Source: a virus
Taxonomy: Duplodnaviria > Caudoviricetes
DNA length: 61,587 nt
Reading direction: 5' to 3' (one strand)
IMG/VR virus record: IMGVR_UViG_3300043395_002060
Location: 1-61,587 of that record
A program made the position numbers and the translations under genes. The notes beneath the pieces are model-generated. The model was not told the origin of the DNA, did not search any database, and saw only the letters and a list, made by a program, of their open reading frames with translations. Positions 35,622 through 44,899 of the stretch are shown piece by piece (positions within the stretch are counted from its first letter, which is position 1; each line of letters begins with the position of its first letter).

Positions 35622-36805
35622 TAAAATTTATTAAATATTTTTGTTAATGAATTGTTATAAAAATTATTAACAAATATTGGATAATTATCTTTTGATTTAA
35701 AATATTCATAATGTAAATCGTGTAAATCAGAATTACTTAAACTCAATATATCTTTAATTTTTGATTGAATTGCTATCATTCTTTTTGAATCATCTTCAAT
35801 AGAATCATATTCGTGTAACCAACCATTCATTTCAAAATCAAATCCATAATCTTCTTTCAAAATATTCAAAATATTAGCTTTACCTAAAAAAACAAATGGA
35901 TGGTCCATTAACAAAGCTTTCAATGTTTTTTCACTTACACTTGCCCAATTGGTTTGAGTGGCGCGCGTACCTCGTAAAAATTTAGTTCTATGATAAAATT
36001 GAGTTTCCGGAATCACTTCAAAATATGTATTGAAATAATGCATATGATTTACCTGAAATGAATAATTGTAGTATTTAAATTTATCATTTAAATCATAATC
36101 ATGCATATTTGGAACTCTTTGTAATATTTTAAATTTACGATATTCCTCTTCATTATGCGCCGGTATAAATTCATTGAATAAACTTGGCTCCCAATTTTCA
36201 TCAGTAGAACTCCACAAAAAATTCTCATCCAATAAATTATTTTCATACAAATAATTTAATAATTGTATTTTGTGAAATCTAATGTGGCCCGATAAAAATA
36301 AACCTTTGTATTGTTTACCAAATTTACTACACCAATTATTTATCTTTTTATATTCCTTTATATAATGTGGAATATACATATCAACGTGAAACGAACTATT
36401 TTCAAAAAACAAAGTATCATCTTCTAATATGAGATTTTTGCTTATAAAATATAATTCTTTATCACATTCATTTCTACAAAAACTATAAAATTCCGGCTCT
36501 ACATCTTGATGGTCGTAAGTTGCCAATTCAATAAATAATTTTTTATAATTTAAATTAAATATTTTTTTAAGATTATCTAAAAATACAATATCATCCATAT
36601 CAATAACTTCTATTACGCATATTGCCGTTGTATCGATATCGATTGAATCGTAATTTTTAAAGTCCAATGGATAACCTTTGGAATACATAGAAGTAATAAC
36701 TTCAGATATGTGTGGTGGTTGATTTGGTCTTAAATCTTCCCAATACCATACGAATTTATCATTGTCTGTTTTACGTTTTAATTTAAAGAAGCAGACTTTT
36801 TTCAT
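35621..36805 (-). CDS. GT10-like putative glycosyltransferase, tandem paralog of 34458..35621
   Basis: shared KGLFLSGHIRFHKIQLLNY and WSSTDENWEP; VSEKTLKA. Confidence 0.6.
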   Translation of the reverse strand: MKKVCFFKLKRKTDNDKFVWYWEDLRPNQPPHISEVITSMYSKGYPLDFKNYDSIDIDTTAICVIEVIDMDDIVFLDNLKKIFNLNYKKLFIELATYDHQDVEPEFYSFCRNECDKELYFISKNLILEDDTLFFENSSFHVDMYIPHYIKEYKKINNWCSKFGKQYKGLFLSGHIRFHKIQLLNYLYENNLLDENFLWSSTDENWEPSLFNEFIPAHNEEEYRKFKILQRVPNMHDYDLNDKFKYYNYSFQVNHMHYFNTYFEVIPETQFYHRTKFLRGTRATQTNWASVSEKTLKALLMDHPFVFLGKANILNILKEDYGFDFEMNGWLHEYDSIEDDSKRMIAIQSKIKDILSLSNSDLHDLHYEYFKSKDNYPIFVNNFYNNSLTKIFNKF

Positions 36806-37868
36806 ATTTTTGTAACATTTCTTTTTTAAATTCTATAAATCTATTTTTATTAAATAGATGTTTTTCATAAATCATATCAAAATTATCAGCATACTTTTGC
36901 TGAATATCATTTGTATGTAATTGAGTGACTATGCTATCCAATCTTTCCAAATCATTTTTTATACAATCAAATCTATAATCAAATAATTCACCAAATAATT
37001 CAAATCCCCACTCTTTTATTTTATTAAATGAATTTGGTAAATTAAATGAAATGAATGGATAACCCAACGATAATGGTTTGAATGTTTTTTCTGAAAAGTT
37101 CAATAAATTTTCATCATTCTTAACCGGATTTATAGATAAATAATATATGGTTTCACTAATTATTTCGGCAATATGATTTTTATAGAAATCTAAATTAGGT
37201 GTAACACCAACACTATTTAATATATAATCGGATGATGCATTATTGTGATACTCTAAATCATTGTGATTATCTATATCTAAACGTTTAGGAAGTAATGCAT
37301 GAATATCCAAATCTTTATAAATATCTTTGAATTCATATGGTATTTCCAACATAATTAAAGCCTCATCCACTGCTCTTTGTGACCAACTAATATTTTTTAG
37401 TTGATTTAAACCATATAATTTATCTAAAAATAATAATCTATGATATCTAGCATGTCCTCCTAAATAAAAATAACTATTTTGAATAGTATCTTTATTTAAG
37501 ATAAATTCCATTTTAGTAATTCTATATATCAAAGGGTCTATATATAGCCAATTATCTTTTTCAACTGCATTTTTAGATATAACATATATTTCATTTGCTT
37601 TTATTAGTTTAATAAAGTGTTGTATATCTTCGTATCTAAAAATTAAATCATCTGCACTAAAATCTACAAATACTTTATCGTATTCGGATAAATTTAATTC
37701 AAAATCAAATTCATTCATTCCAAATGAACCGGAATAAAATAAATGTAGTACTTTTTTAGATGTATTAAATTTGGAATATAATTCATCTTTAGCATAATTT
37801 AATTCTAAAAAGGATTTATCTACATCAACTATTTTATTAAATTTATTGAATACTTTAAATTCTATCAT
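36783..37868 (-). CDS. GT10-like putative glycosyltransferase
   Basis: EIISET...FSEKTFKPLSLGYPFI; ends KSLLL. Confidence 0.6.
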   Translation of the reverse strand: MIEFKVFNKFNKIVDVDKSFLELNYAKDELYSKFNTSKKVLHLFYSGSFGMNEFDFELNLSEYDKVFVDFSADDLIFRYEDIQHFIKLIKANEIYVISKNAVEKDNWLYIDPLIYRITKMEFILNKDTIQNSYFYLGGHARYHRLLFLDKLYGLNQLKNISWSQRAVDEALIMLEIPYEFKDIYKDLDIHALLPKRLDIDNHNDLEYHNNASSDYILNSVGVTPNLDFYKNHIAEIISETIYYLSINPVKNDENLLNFSEKTFKPLSLGYPFISFNLPNSFNKIKEWGFELFGELFDYRFDCIKNDLERLDSIVTQLHTNDIQQKYADNFDMIYEKHLFNKNRFIEFKKEMLQKYEKSLLL

Positions 37869-38164
37869 AACAAATTTTGTAAATCACGTATTTTACTACA
37901 TTTTTCATACTCTTCTACTTCTAAAAAATACGCCATTGCTTTTTCTAAAGTAATGTGAATGTTTTTCTTTTCCAAAACAAATACAACATTATCAGATAGA
38001 TTTGAAACCAAAACAGCTTCAATTGCATCCAAATCTTCTTTCAGAAGTTTTTCTGAAAATCTAACTAACTCCGAATAAATGATATATCGATTAGCAATTA
38101 ACCACGATTGTAATGATTGATTACCTAAATCGATGTGTAATATGTTTGGGTTTGGTTTGTTCAT
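37865..38164 (-). CDS. hypothetical protein with UVR-like motif
   Basis: EEYEKCSKIRDL. Confidence 0.6.
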   Translation of the reverse strand: MNKPNPNILHIDLGNQSLQSWLIANRYIIYSELVRFSEKLLKEDLDAIEAVLVSNLSDNVVFVLEKKNIHITLEKAMAYFLEVEEYEKCSKIRDLQNLL

Positions 38165-38655
38165 ACAAATAAATATTCCAATCCTTTAGTATTTTTTCTT
38201 TTAAATAAAATATCCATTTCGGATTTTGTGGTTGCTTCTTTACATTGTTTTTTATACCAATAGTATAAATCTTCCAATGTTCCTTTACCCCTTTGTCTCT
38301 CCATTGCTTTATCCCATAAATCCTTACCGAATTCAGCTGCTAATTCTTTTTGTAGTTTCCAAAGGATTCTATTCTCATCGGTTAATGCTTCCATTTCCAA
38401 TTTCAATGCTTTGATTCGTTTCATTCTTCCCGCTTCCAAAGATGCCTGAATACGATTCTGCTCATCCGTTCCCCCATAATTCTTATAAGCATCCGCACTA
38501 GCTTTCTCGGCAGATTCCTTAACCAACCTAGCCTCACTAAACATATAAGAATAATCAAAGTCACCATTTCGTATCTTTAATAAAAGTGGAGCATCTGCTT
38601 TAAGTGGTTTGTTTGGTCTACCTTTTGTCCACCATCTATATTTGTTATATCCCAT
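38161..38655 (-). CDS. hypothetical protein
   Basis: 164-aa ORF. Confidence 0.65.
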   Translation of the reverse strand: MGYNKYRWWTKGRPNKPLKADAPLLLKIRNGDFDYSYMFSEARLVKESAEKASADAYKNYGGTDEQNRIQASLEAGRMKRIKALKLEMEALTDENRILWKLQKELAAEFGKDLWDKAMERQRGKGTLEDLYYWYKKQCKEATTKSEMDILFKRKNTKGLEYLFV

Positions 38656-38667
38656 TTGTTTTAAGTT

Positions 38668-39849
38668 TTATTGCCAACTTCTATTTGAAGTTTTAAATTT
38701 GTTAGTTGCTTTATCCCATTTGAAAAATGCACCCATACTAGCATTTACATTAAATAAATCCAAATACCCATCAAAATTACAATCAGCTACAACAAAGTTA
38801 GGTAATCCAAAAGTTTTATATGGTGTACCATCCACCGGCATTCTATCCTTATTTAAAGTAAATGTACCATCACCATTATTTTCGTAGTAAAAATAATAAT
38901 GTTTATTTTCCAAAACCATATGATTATCTACATTAACTCTTTGAGCAATAAATATAATATCTTTTCTACCTACTTTTCGAAAATCACCAGTCATCGCTCT
39001 AGCTGATAAATATCCGTTTGGCATTTCACTAAATGTAAATGAAGATTTTGGTGTATTGAATACATCAAATACTATTTTTGGCTTTTCAACACAAAAATAA
39101 ATCAAATCAGATTTACCATCATTATCCATATCTTCATATGAATGCTGATTCATAGTAAAGTTTTTCATATCATCCGAAACGTTTTTGAAAGGAGTTGATA
39201 CGAATGTAGTACCATTCCATTCCCAATATTCATTAACGTTAGGTTGTCCCAATATCAATACATCTTTATTTTGAGATATTTTGCCAGTTACCAAAACAAA
39301 GGAATTTTCTTTCACCGCAGTTACAATTGTTTTGTTACCATCAAATCCCCATCTAGTATTCCAATAAACAGTAACAGGAGTTTTTTCGGGATTAGAAATT
39401 ATATTCCAAAGATTATCCGGCCCATTATCAAAAACTGCAATATCTTTGTAACCATCACCATTAAAATCACCACTCGTCAATTCACTACCACCTTTCCATA
39501 AATTGGTAATATCTTTAATAGTACCATCATCCATAACAACGTATGGGTCTAATAAATCGTAAATGATTTTTGTACCCACAACAGATTGATTATGACGCAT
39601 AGTAATCATATCATATCTACCATTGTTATCAAAATCAATTAGAGCATTTTGGCTAATTTGCTTATATTTAGCCAGCGAATCATACAAAATTGTCAAATAA
39701 GGATATGTAGAAATCATTCTATTATCCTGCCATAAAACCTCCGTATCATTTGATACTGAAGGATTACTATTTACAATCGGAACTACATATTCTTTCTCAC
39801 AACTCGTTAGTAGTATTAAAGTTACTATTACTGATAATATATTTTTCAT
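38668..39849 (-). CDS. lipoprotein with FG-GAP/VCBS beta-propeller repeats
   Basis: LTS-C lipobox; DFDNNGRYD, DFNGDGYKD, DMDNDGKSD, DCNFDGYLD repeats. Confidence 0.85.
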   Translation of the reverse strand: MKNILSVIVTLILLTSCEKEYVVPIVNSNPSVSNDTEVLWQDNRMISTYPYLTILYDSLAKYKQISQNALIDFDNNGRYDMITMRHNQSVVGTKIIYDLLDPYVVMDDGTIKDITNLWKGGSELTSGDFNGDGYKDIAVFDNGPDNLWNIISNPEKTPVTVYWNTRWGFDGNKTIVTAVKENSFVLVTGKISQNKDVLILGQPNVNEYWEWNGTTFVSTPFKNVSDDMKNFTMNQHSYEDMDNDGKSDLIYFCVEKPKIVFDVFNTPKSSFTFSEMPNGYLSARAMTGDFRKVGRKDIIFIAQRVNVDNHMVLENKHYYFYYENNGDGTFTLNKDRMPVDGTPYKTFGLPNFVVADCNFDGYLDLFNVNASMGAFFKWDKATNKFKTSNRSWQ

Positions 39850-40012
39850 TATAATATTTTTTAACTATACCTTCTATAAAATCTATACATTCGGAATCAC
39901 CGCTGATAGAATCATATTTAGTATATCGTTTAACAAATGTTTCTATACCTACCTCATCCAATTCCTTTTGAATTTGTAGTATGCTACCCACATAACATTG
40001 ATTGAATCCCAT
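39797..40012 (-). CDS. hypothetical protein
   Basis: 71-aa ORF. Confidence 0.55.
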   Translation of the reverse strand: MGFNQCYVGSILQIQKELDEVGIETFVKRYTKYDSISGDSECIDFIEGIVKKYYNEKYIISNSNFNTTNEL

Positions 40013-40020
40013 TATTTTCT

Positions 40021-40401
40021 TTAATTTATTTTACTTCCGTAATCATCAAACCCATCTTCTTCAGCATTATGCTGAGCCAAAGCATCATCAATGTATTCTT
40101 CTGGCAAATTAGCTACATAATTTTTAAAAGCTTTCTTCAAAGCTTCATTTGGTTTAGCATGCTCTGCTTCCCATTCATCAGCTCTATCTTCTTCAATGAA
40201 ATTCATTCCTGCTTCTTTTACCCAATCTCTAAATCCATCTTTACTGAATCCCATAGCGATTGTAAGTGATTCGAATACTTCCATCAATTCATTTAAATCA
40301 ATATCACTATGGTCGATTTCGATTGTAATCGTTTTATCGTAGTGTTTAGCAGTTACAATAGTTGGTTTATTAAAACCTGTTTTAAAATTTGTATAATCCA
40401 T
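40021..40401 (-). CDS. hypothetical protein
   Basis: 126-aa ORF. Confidence 0.6.
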   Translation of the reverse strand: MDYTNFKTGFNKPTIVTAKHYDKTITIEIDHSDIDLNELMEVFESLTIAMGFSKDGFRDWVKEAGMNFIEEDRADEWEAEHAKPNEALKKAFKNYVANLPEEYIDDALAQHNAEEDGFDDYGSKIN

Positions 40402-40412
40402 ATTTTTCTATT

Positions 40413-40757
40413 TTAATCAAACCATTGAGTTCGGTTTGTTTTAATATTCTTAATTCCAGCATCTTTAAATTTTGGGTCACCACCCAACTTTTCAGCTGCC
40501 TTTGCTATATTTTCCATACGAGCTTCATCACCTTGCTTACCAATTTCTTTAGCTTTTCGTAACTCTTCAGTTGTAAGCGTATCGCCTTTAGTCCAAGCTG
40601 CGAAATGTTTTGTTTCGTATGAACCCAATGGACGAGTAAATTGTTTTAGATATGCCGCTTTTTGGTCTAAATAGCTAAAGAAATCAGCTTCATTTAATGC
40701 TGATAACTCTTCATCAGTTAGCTCCGAGTTTGGATTGTAAGTAACCATCGATATCAA
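40413..40757 (-). CDS. hypothetical protein
   Basis: 114-aa ORF. Confidence 0.6.
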   Translation of the reverse strand: MISMVTYNPNSELTDEELSALNEADFFSYLDQKAAYLKQFTRPLGSYETKHFAAWTKGDTLTTEELRKAKEIGKQGDEARMENIAKAAEKLGGDPKFKDAGIKNIKTNRTQWFD

Positions 40758-41067
40758 TATTAGGGTTTAATTTATAAACTAATTCACCATTGGCATCTAC
40801 TGAATCTATATTCAATATACCATCCACTACCAAATCACTAAATACATTTTGGATACCTTCTCTATAATTGTTTTGAATGATTTCTTCAAATTGCTCATCA
40901 TTCAAATACATATCATCGATTTGCTCCCAATTGTATTGCATTTGTTTTTCCAATTCTTGTCTTAACTTAAATCGGTCACAAAATATATACTCTTCGAAAA
41001 AATTGGAACGTTCCAATTGATTCATAATATTATCAGCCGTTTCAATTATTTCAGTTAGTATGTTCAT
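40714..41067 (-). CDS. hypothetical acidic protein
   Basis: likely start MNILTEII; upstream extension overlaps 41051..41329. Confidence 0.55.
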   Translation of the reverse strand: MNILTEIIETADNIMNQLERSNFFEEYIFCDRFKLRQELEKQMQYNWEQIDDMYLNDEQFEEIIQNNYREGIQNVFSDLVVDGILNIDSVDANGELVYKLNPNIDIDGYLQSKLGAN

Positions 41068-41329
41068 CGGATTTGTTTTCGTTAAATAATCTAAATGCTT
41101 CCTCTTCTTCTTCCTTTGTAGGATGATATGTTGATTTGTAATACTCATCATCGTAAAACAAATCATCGGGAAATATAGAACCACTTGCCACACTTTCCCA
41201 AAATTCAATTTCTTCTTTAGCTCTTTGCTCAGCCCATTGTTGGAAATGATATTCATCATCCAAAAAATCAACGTTACTACCAGTCATTTGTTGCTGATAT
41301 TCCATAAATAATTCTTTCATTCTACCCAT
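41051..41329 (-). CDS. hypothetical acidic protein
   Basis: 92-aa ORF. Confidence 0.6.
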   Translation of the reverse strand: MGRMKELFMEYQQQMTGSNVDFLDDEYHFQQWAEQRAKEEIEFWESVASGSIFPDDLFYDDEYYKSTYHPTKEEEEEAFRLFNENKSDEHTN

Positions 41330-41333
41330 AACT

Positions 41334-41726
41334 TTAGTATTTAAGTGTTAAAGATTGTTTTATATTATCCAACAATTCCAATTCATTTTGGAATACACTC
41401 TCATCAAATTCATCCCTCGCTTTTTCAATAGCTGAACGAACAATATCACTCAATATATCGTGGAACTTTGAAACACCACTATATTGTAATGTGAATTTGT
41501 GATTTGTAATTGTTACTTCGAATTCGGTTATTCGAATCCAATATTCTTTTTGCTTATTTACAATAAAGAATCGATGAGTCAAAGGCGCCATCTTAATATC
41601 AGATTGTGGATGTTTACACATTTCTTCTACGATATCAATGATACGCTGTTCTTTTTCGTTTGGTTTATACTTCCCTCTTATATTACTCATAATTGAGGAA
41701 AATAATGTTTCAGTTTGATTAACCAT
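41334..41726 (-). CDS. hypothetical protein
   Basis: 130-aa ORF below promoter at 41753-41784. Confidence 0.65.
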   Translation of the reverse strand: MVNQTETLFSSIMSNIRGKYKPNEKEQRIIDIVEEMCKHPQSDIKMAPLTHRFFIVNKQKEYWIRITEFEVTITNHKFTLQYSGVSKFHDILSDIVRSAIEKARDEFDESVFQNELELLDNIKQSLTLKY

Positions 41727-41775
41727 ATGTTTAAGTTTTAACTTTTTATATTACAATATACGAAATTTTTTCCAA

Positions 41776-42285
41776 TTAATCAAGTATTATTTTACTTATT
41801 TTCACCAACCCATTTGATTTAGCCACTATAGTCATAGTATCACCCTTCATATTATACATAGGTGCAATGACTGTATTAATACTACCATCTGCCGAGTTGT
41901 AACAAACGGGATTGATTGTAGGTACCTGAGCCGTTTTCATATTATATACTTTAATACTATCTACAATCTGCCAACCCAATCCTCTCCAAGTCCTACGATA
42001 TATTGTACCAATCGTTTCACCTTGCTTCAGTGTCCAATAATGTGAACTTTCCCACTCCACCTTTTCTCTCGGATTATCTGGCACTCTACCATTGACTCTA
42101 ATTGAGCCGGATATGGTTTGAATGTTTTGAGTTGATGTTGAATATAGCTTAAAATGAGAATACCCATTTCCATCAATTGGTAAACGGGTATCAATATTCA
42201 TTTCAACGTTATTCGGAAATATATCATCCTTTGTACATCCTAACATAAACAATGTTAGAATATAAACTAATGCTATGGGTTTCAT
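41776..42285 (-). CDS. lipoprotein
   Basis: MLG-C lipobox. Confidence 0.7.
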   Translation of the reverse strand: MKPIALVYILTLFMLGCTKDDIFPNNVEMNIDTRLPIDGNGYSHFKLYSTSTQNIQTISGSIRVNGRVPDNPREKVEWESSHYWTLKQGETIGTIYRRTWRGLGWQIVDSIKVYNMKTAQVPTINPVCYNSADGSINTVIAPMYNMKGDTMTIVAKSNGLVKISKIILD

Positions 42286-42286
42286 A

Positions 42287-42583
42287 CTATTCAGTTTGAG
42301 TAGTTAATATTAATTCGAATTTATCAGCTGCTTTTTTATCCTGCTCTTTTAGTATTTCTAAAGCAACTTCATAACGTCCTACGATTGTTTGTTGAACAAA
42401 TAATTCACTTTGTAATGAATCCAATGTTTCTGATTTGGCGATATCACCATTAGATGCCGCTGAATTGTTTACAACTTCGGATTTCATTTTGAGTTCTTTT
42501 ATCTCATTGTTCTGCATATAGATTACACTTAACAATGCAATAGCTGTTCCCAATCGTAATAATGGATTTATAAACTTTTTCAT
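42287..42583 (-). CDS. TM-anchored coiled-coil protein
   Basis: paralog-like to 31461..31841. Confidence 0.6.
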   Translation of the reverse strand: MKKFINPLLRLGTAIALLSVIYMQNNEIKELKMKSEVVNNSAASNGDIAKSETLDSLQSELFVQQTIVGRYEVALEILKEQDKKAADKFELILTTQTE

Positions 42584-42849
42584 AGTTGTTGTATTTTAAC
42601 TAAAACTTCGGTTACATCTTTCTTTGAAAGATATCCCAATACATCATTTGTAATTGGGGTATCATATGTTAAACTACCATCATCCTTCAATACTGCTAAT
42701 TCATATAATCCTTCTTTACCACCATAAGTAAATGGAGTACATACTACACTAGCGCCAAACCCATTTTCAAATTTAATGATAGCTTGAACACCATTATCGT
42801 GTCCAAAGTTTGGATGTGGTTTAAATTCTAAATCTTTAAATGTTTTCAT
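42580..42849 (-). CDS. conserved phage hypothetical protein
   Basis: FENGFGASVV..YGGKEGLYELAV..YDTPIT.DVLGYL. Confidence 0.75.
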   Translation of the reverse strand: MKTFKDLEFKPHPNFGHDNGVQAIIKFENGFGASVVCTPFTYGGKEGLYELAVLKDDGSLTYDTPITNDVLGYLSKKDVTEVLVKIQQL

Positions 42850-43021
42850 TTTATTTAATATTAAAGCTCTTCAGCTATTCCTAAAATTTCAGCTATAATG
42901 AATAGCACACCGGCAATCCATATTTCAGATTTACAAAGTGCGATTCCGGCAGCAATTCGTAATGTAGATTTAACTACACTAATTCGAAAGTGCCAATTTG
43001 TTTTTGATTCTTTTATTTGCA

Positions 43022-43264
43022 TTATGCTATGATTTTATTTGTGATTCGTAAAATTGTTGCTTCATCTTCTTTGGACAACCTCCAACTATTACCAATTAGT
43101 TTTCTAACATTGGTATCCCATTCATCAGAATTTTCATCATCGGGATGATTACCTATTTGCTTTGGGCAATATCCATCATCGTAAAGTTCATCAGCTAATT
43201 CCTGTTTTTCGTATGAAGATAAACTATATAGAATATCATCAATATCAATATCAATACTTGCCAT
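43022..43264 (-). CDS. hypothetical acidic protein
   Basis: 80-aa ORF. Confidence 0.6.
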   Translation of the reverse strand: MASIDIDIDDILYSLSSYEKQELADELYDDGYCPKQIGNHPDDENSDEWDTNVRKLIGNSWRLSKEDEATILRITNKIIA

Positions 43265-43298
43265 AATTTTATATTTAAAGTTATTTTATCATTAATTA

Positions 43299-43334
43299 AA
43301 AAAACATAGAGCCCCACCAAAGGTGGGGTCTATG
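43299..43334 (-). terminator. intrinsic terminator downstream of AAA ATPase
   Basis: CATAGACCCCACC/GGTGGGGCTCTATG hairpin followed by T-run. Confidence 0.8.
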
Positions 43335-43337
43335 CGG

Positions 43338-43382
43338 CGGGGTGGGTGAGTTATGAGTTATGAGTTATGAGTAACCACCCCG
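43338..43382. repeat. (TGAGTTA)x3+TGAGTAA tandem repeat inside an 8-bp GC stem
   Basis: CGGGGTGG...CCACCCCG enclosing heptamers at 43347-43374. Confidence 0.85.
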
Positions 43383-43389
43383 TATATCA

Positions 43390-44610
43390 TTACCAAACAA
43401 TTTCATCTTTTTGCTCCTCAACTACATTCTCATACAATGTAGAATCGTTTTCAGCTCTCATATACTTTTGAACTAATTGTTTGATGTAAGTTCGTTCTGA
43501 ATCCATACCACCATCTTGCGAATAAAGTGGGAAGATAGCAACCTCAGCGGCCTCAATGATATTGAAACCATCGTAAATCAATCCAGCCATCTCAACAGCG
43601 ATACGAGTCGAAACTGCGGTAGTGATTTTACCAACATCGGATTTGATTTGGTCACGAGTGTGAGCGGCGATTTCAGCGATTGCTTTTAAATCTTCAGAGT
43701 TAGCTTCTGGATATAACATCGAAAGTAATTCGAATTCCTGCTCAGCGTTTAACACATCCACTTCGATAGTTACGAAACGGTCAATCAACGCACGGTCAAG
43801 AACACGTGTCGATGTAAATTCGTTACCGATGTTAGCAGTGGCGATAAAGGTAACACCTTCAGCTACTTTAACAATTGGAGAATCAACAGCCTCATCCAAA
43901 CGTAAGTAACGTTGTCCGGCATCCAACACAGTCATTAAGATGTTCCATGCTTCAGGGTGTGAACGGGATAACTCATCCAATAACACAACCGAATAAGGAG
44001 TCTTAATTGCTTTAACGAAAGCGGATTCGTTGAAGTAAGTACCATCTGCTTTACTGAAGTGGGTATTACCAATTAACGATGCTCTCGGGTCCTGCGTTGC
44101 TCCTAGATTGAAATAGAAGAACGGACGATTAAGAGCTTCAACCAATGCTTTAGCCGCCATAGTTTTACCACTACCAGCGGGTCCGGTCATCATAATGTTT
44201 TTAGCTCTAACCGCTGAACGAAGTAAGTATTTCCACTTCAATTCAGTCATAATAAGATTTTTAGGTTTTAACTTAAATCCATCTTTGTGGATAAAGTCAA
44301 TAACGGCTGTATGGTCGGTTGGATTTTCCACAACAGTCTCAGCCAATTCAGTATTGATTGGTTTAACTAATGCTTCGTTGTATTCATTGATATCAACCAT
44401 ACGGAAAGATTTTTTACCGGCTTTGTTAATGTGCCCACGAATAGCCGAATTAGATTTGTGAGCTTTTTTACGAAGAAACGATGTAACTAATGTTGAATCG
44501 GTTTCAACTTCACCATTGGTATTAACCAAATTAAAACGGCTACCAATGTTTTCAACTTTGTAGATTTCAGATGTGTAACCTACTAACACTTCATTTTTTA
44601 ACTTACTCAT
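43390..44610 (-). CDS. MoxR-family (CbbQ/NorQ/CobS-like) AAA+ ATPase
   Basis: GPAGSGKT Walker A, LLDELSR Walker B, IATAN, LDRALIDRF. Confidence 0.9.
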   Translation of the reverse strand: MSKLKNEVLVGYTSEIYKVENIGSRFNLVNTNGEVETDSTLVTSFLRKKAHKSNSAIRGHINKAGKKSFRMVDINEYNEALVKPINTELAETVVENPTDHTAVIDFIHKDGFKLKPKNLIMTELKWKYLLRSAVRAKNIMMTGPAGSGKTMAAKALVEALNRPFFYFNLGATQDPRASLIGNTHFSKADGTYFNESAFVKAIKTPYSVVLLDELSRSHPEAWNILMTVLDAGQRYLRLDEAVDSPIVKVAEGVTFIATANIGNEFTSTRVLDRALIDRFVTIEVDVLNAEQEFELLSMLYPEANSEDLKAIAEIAAHTRDQIKSDVGKITTAVSTRIAVEMAGLIYDGFNIIEAAEVAIFPLYSQDGGMDSERTYIKQLVQKYMRAENDSTLYENVVEEQKDEIVW

Positions 44611-44657
44611 AACTGTATATTTAAAAGGTTTATAACTAACTAACTCTCAATTGTTCC

Positions 44658-44689
44658 ACAATATACGAAATTTTCCCGAATCCGCCAAA
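44658..44689 (-). promoter_or_regulatory. Bacteroidota-type promoter
   Basis: TTTGG-N19-TATATTGT. Confidence 0.7.
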
Positions 44690-44899
44690 TATTTTATTAA
44701 TTATTTTCAAAAAAAATCAAAATATTTTCAGATATTAACCACAATAATAGGGCTGTAAACTCACAGAAACCCGGTAAATTTCGATTCAATTGTTCAAATA
44801 GGGTAACTACCTTCCCAATCATATTAGTATAATTTAAATACATAACTCATTGATTTATAATACAATATAACTGGCTGATAATCAACCAGTTATAAGGGT

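Noticed and set aside
43338-43382. Mini-CRISPR array
   Set aside because: 7-bp tandem units with no spacers; no cas genes or CRISPR-like array seen in the window
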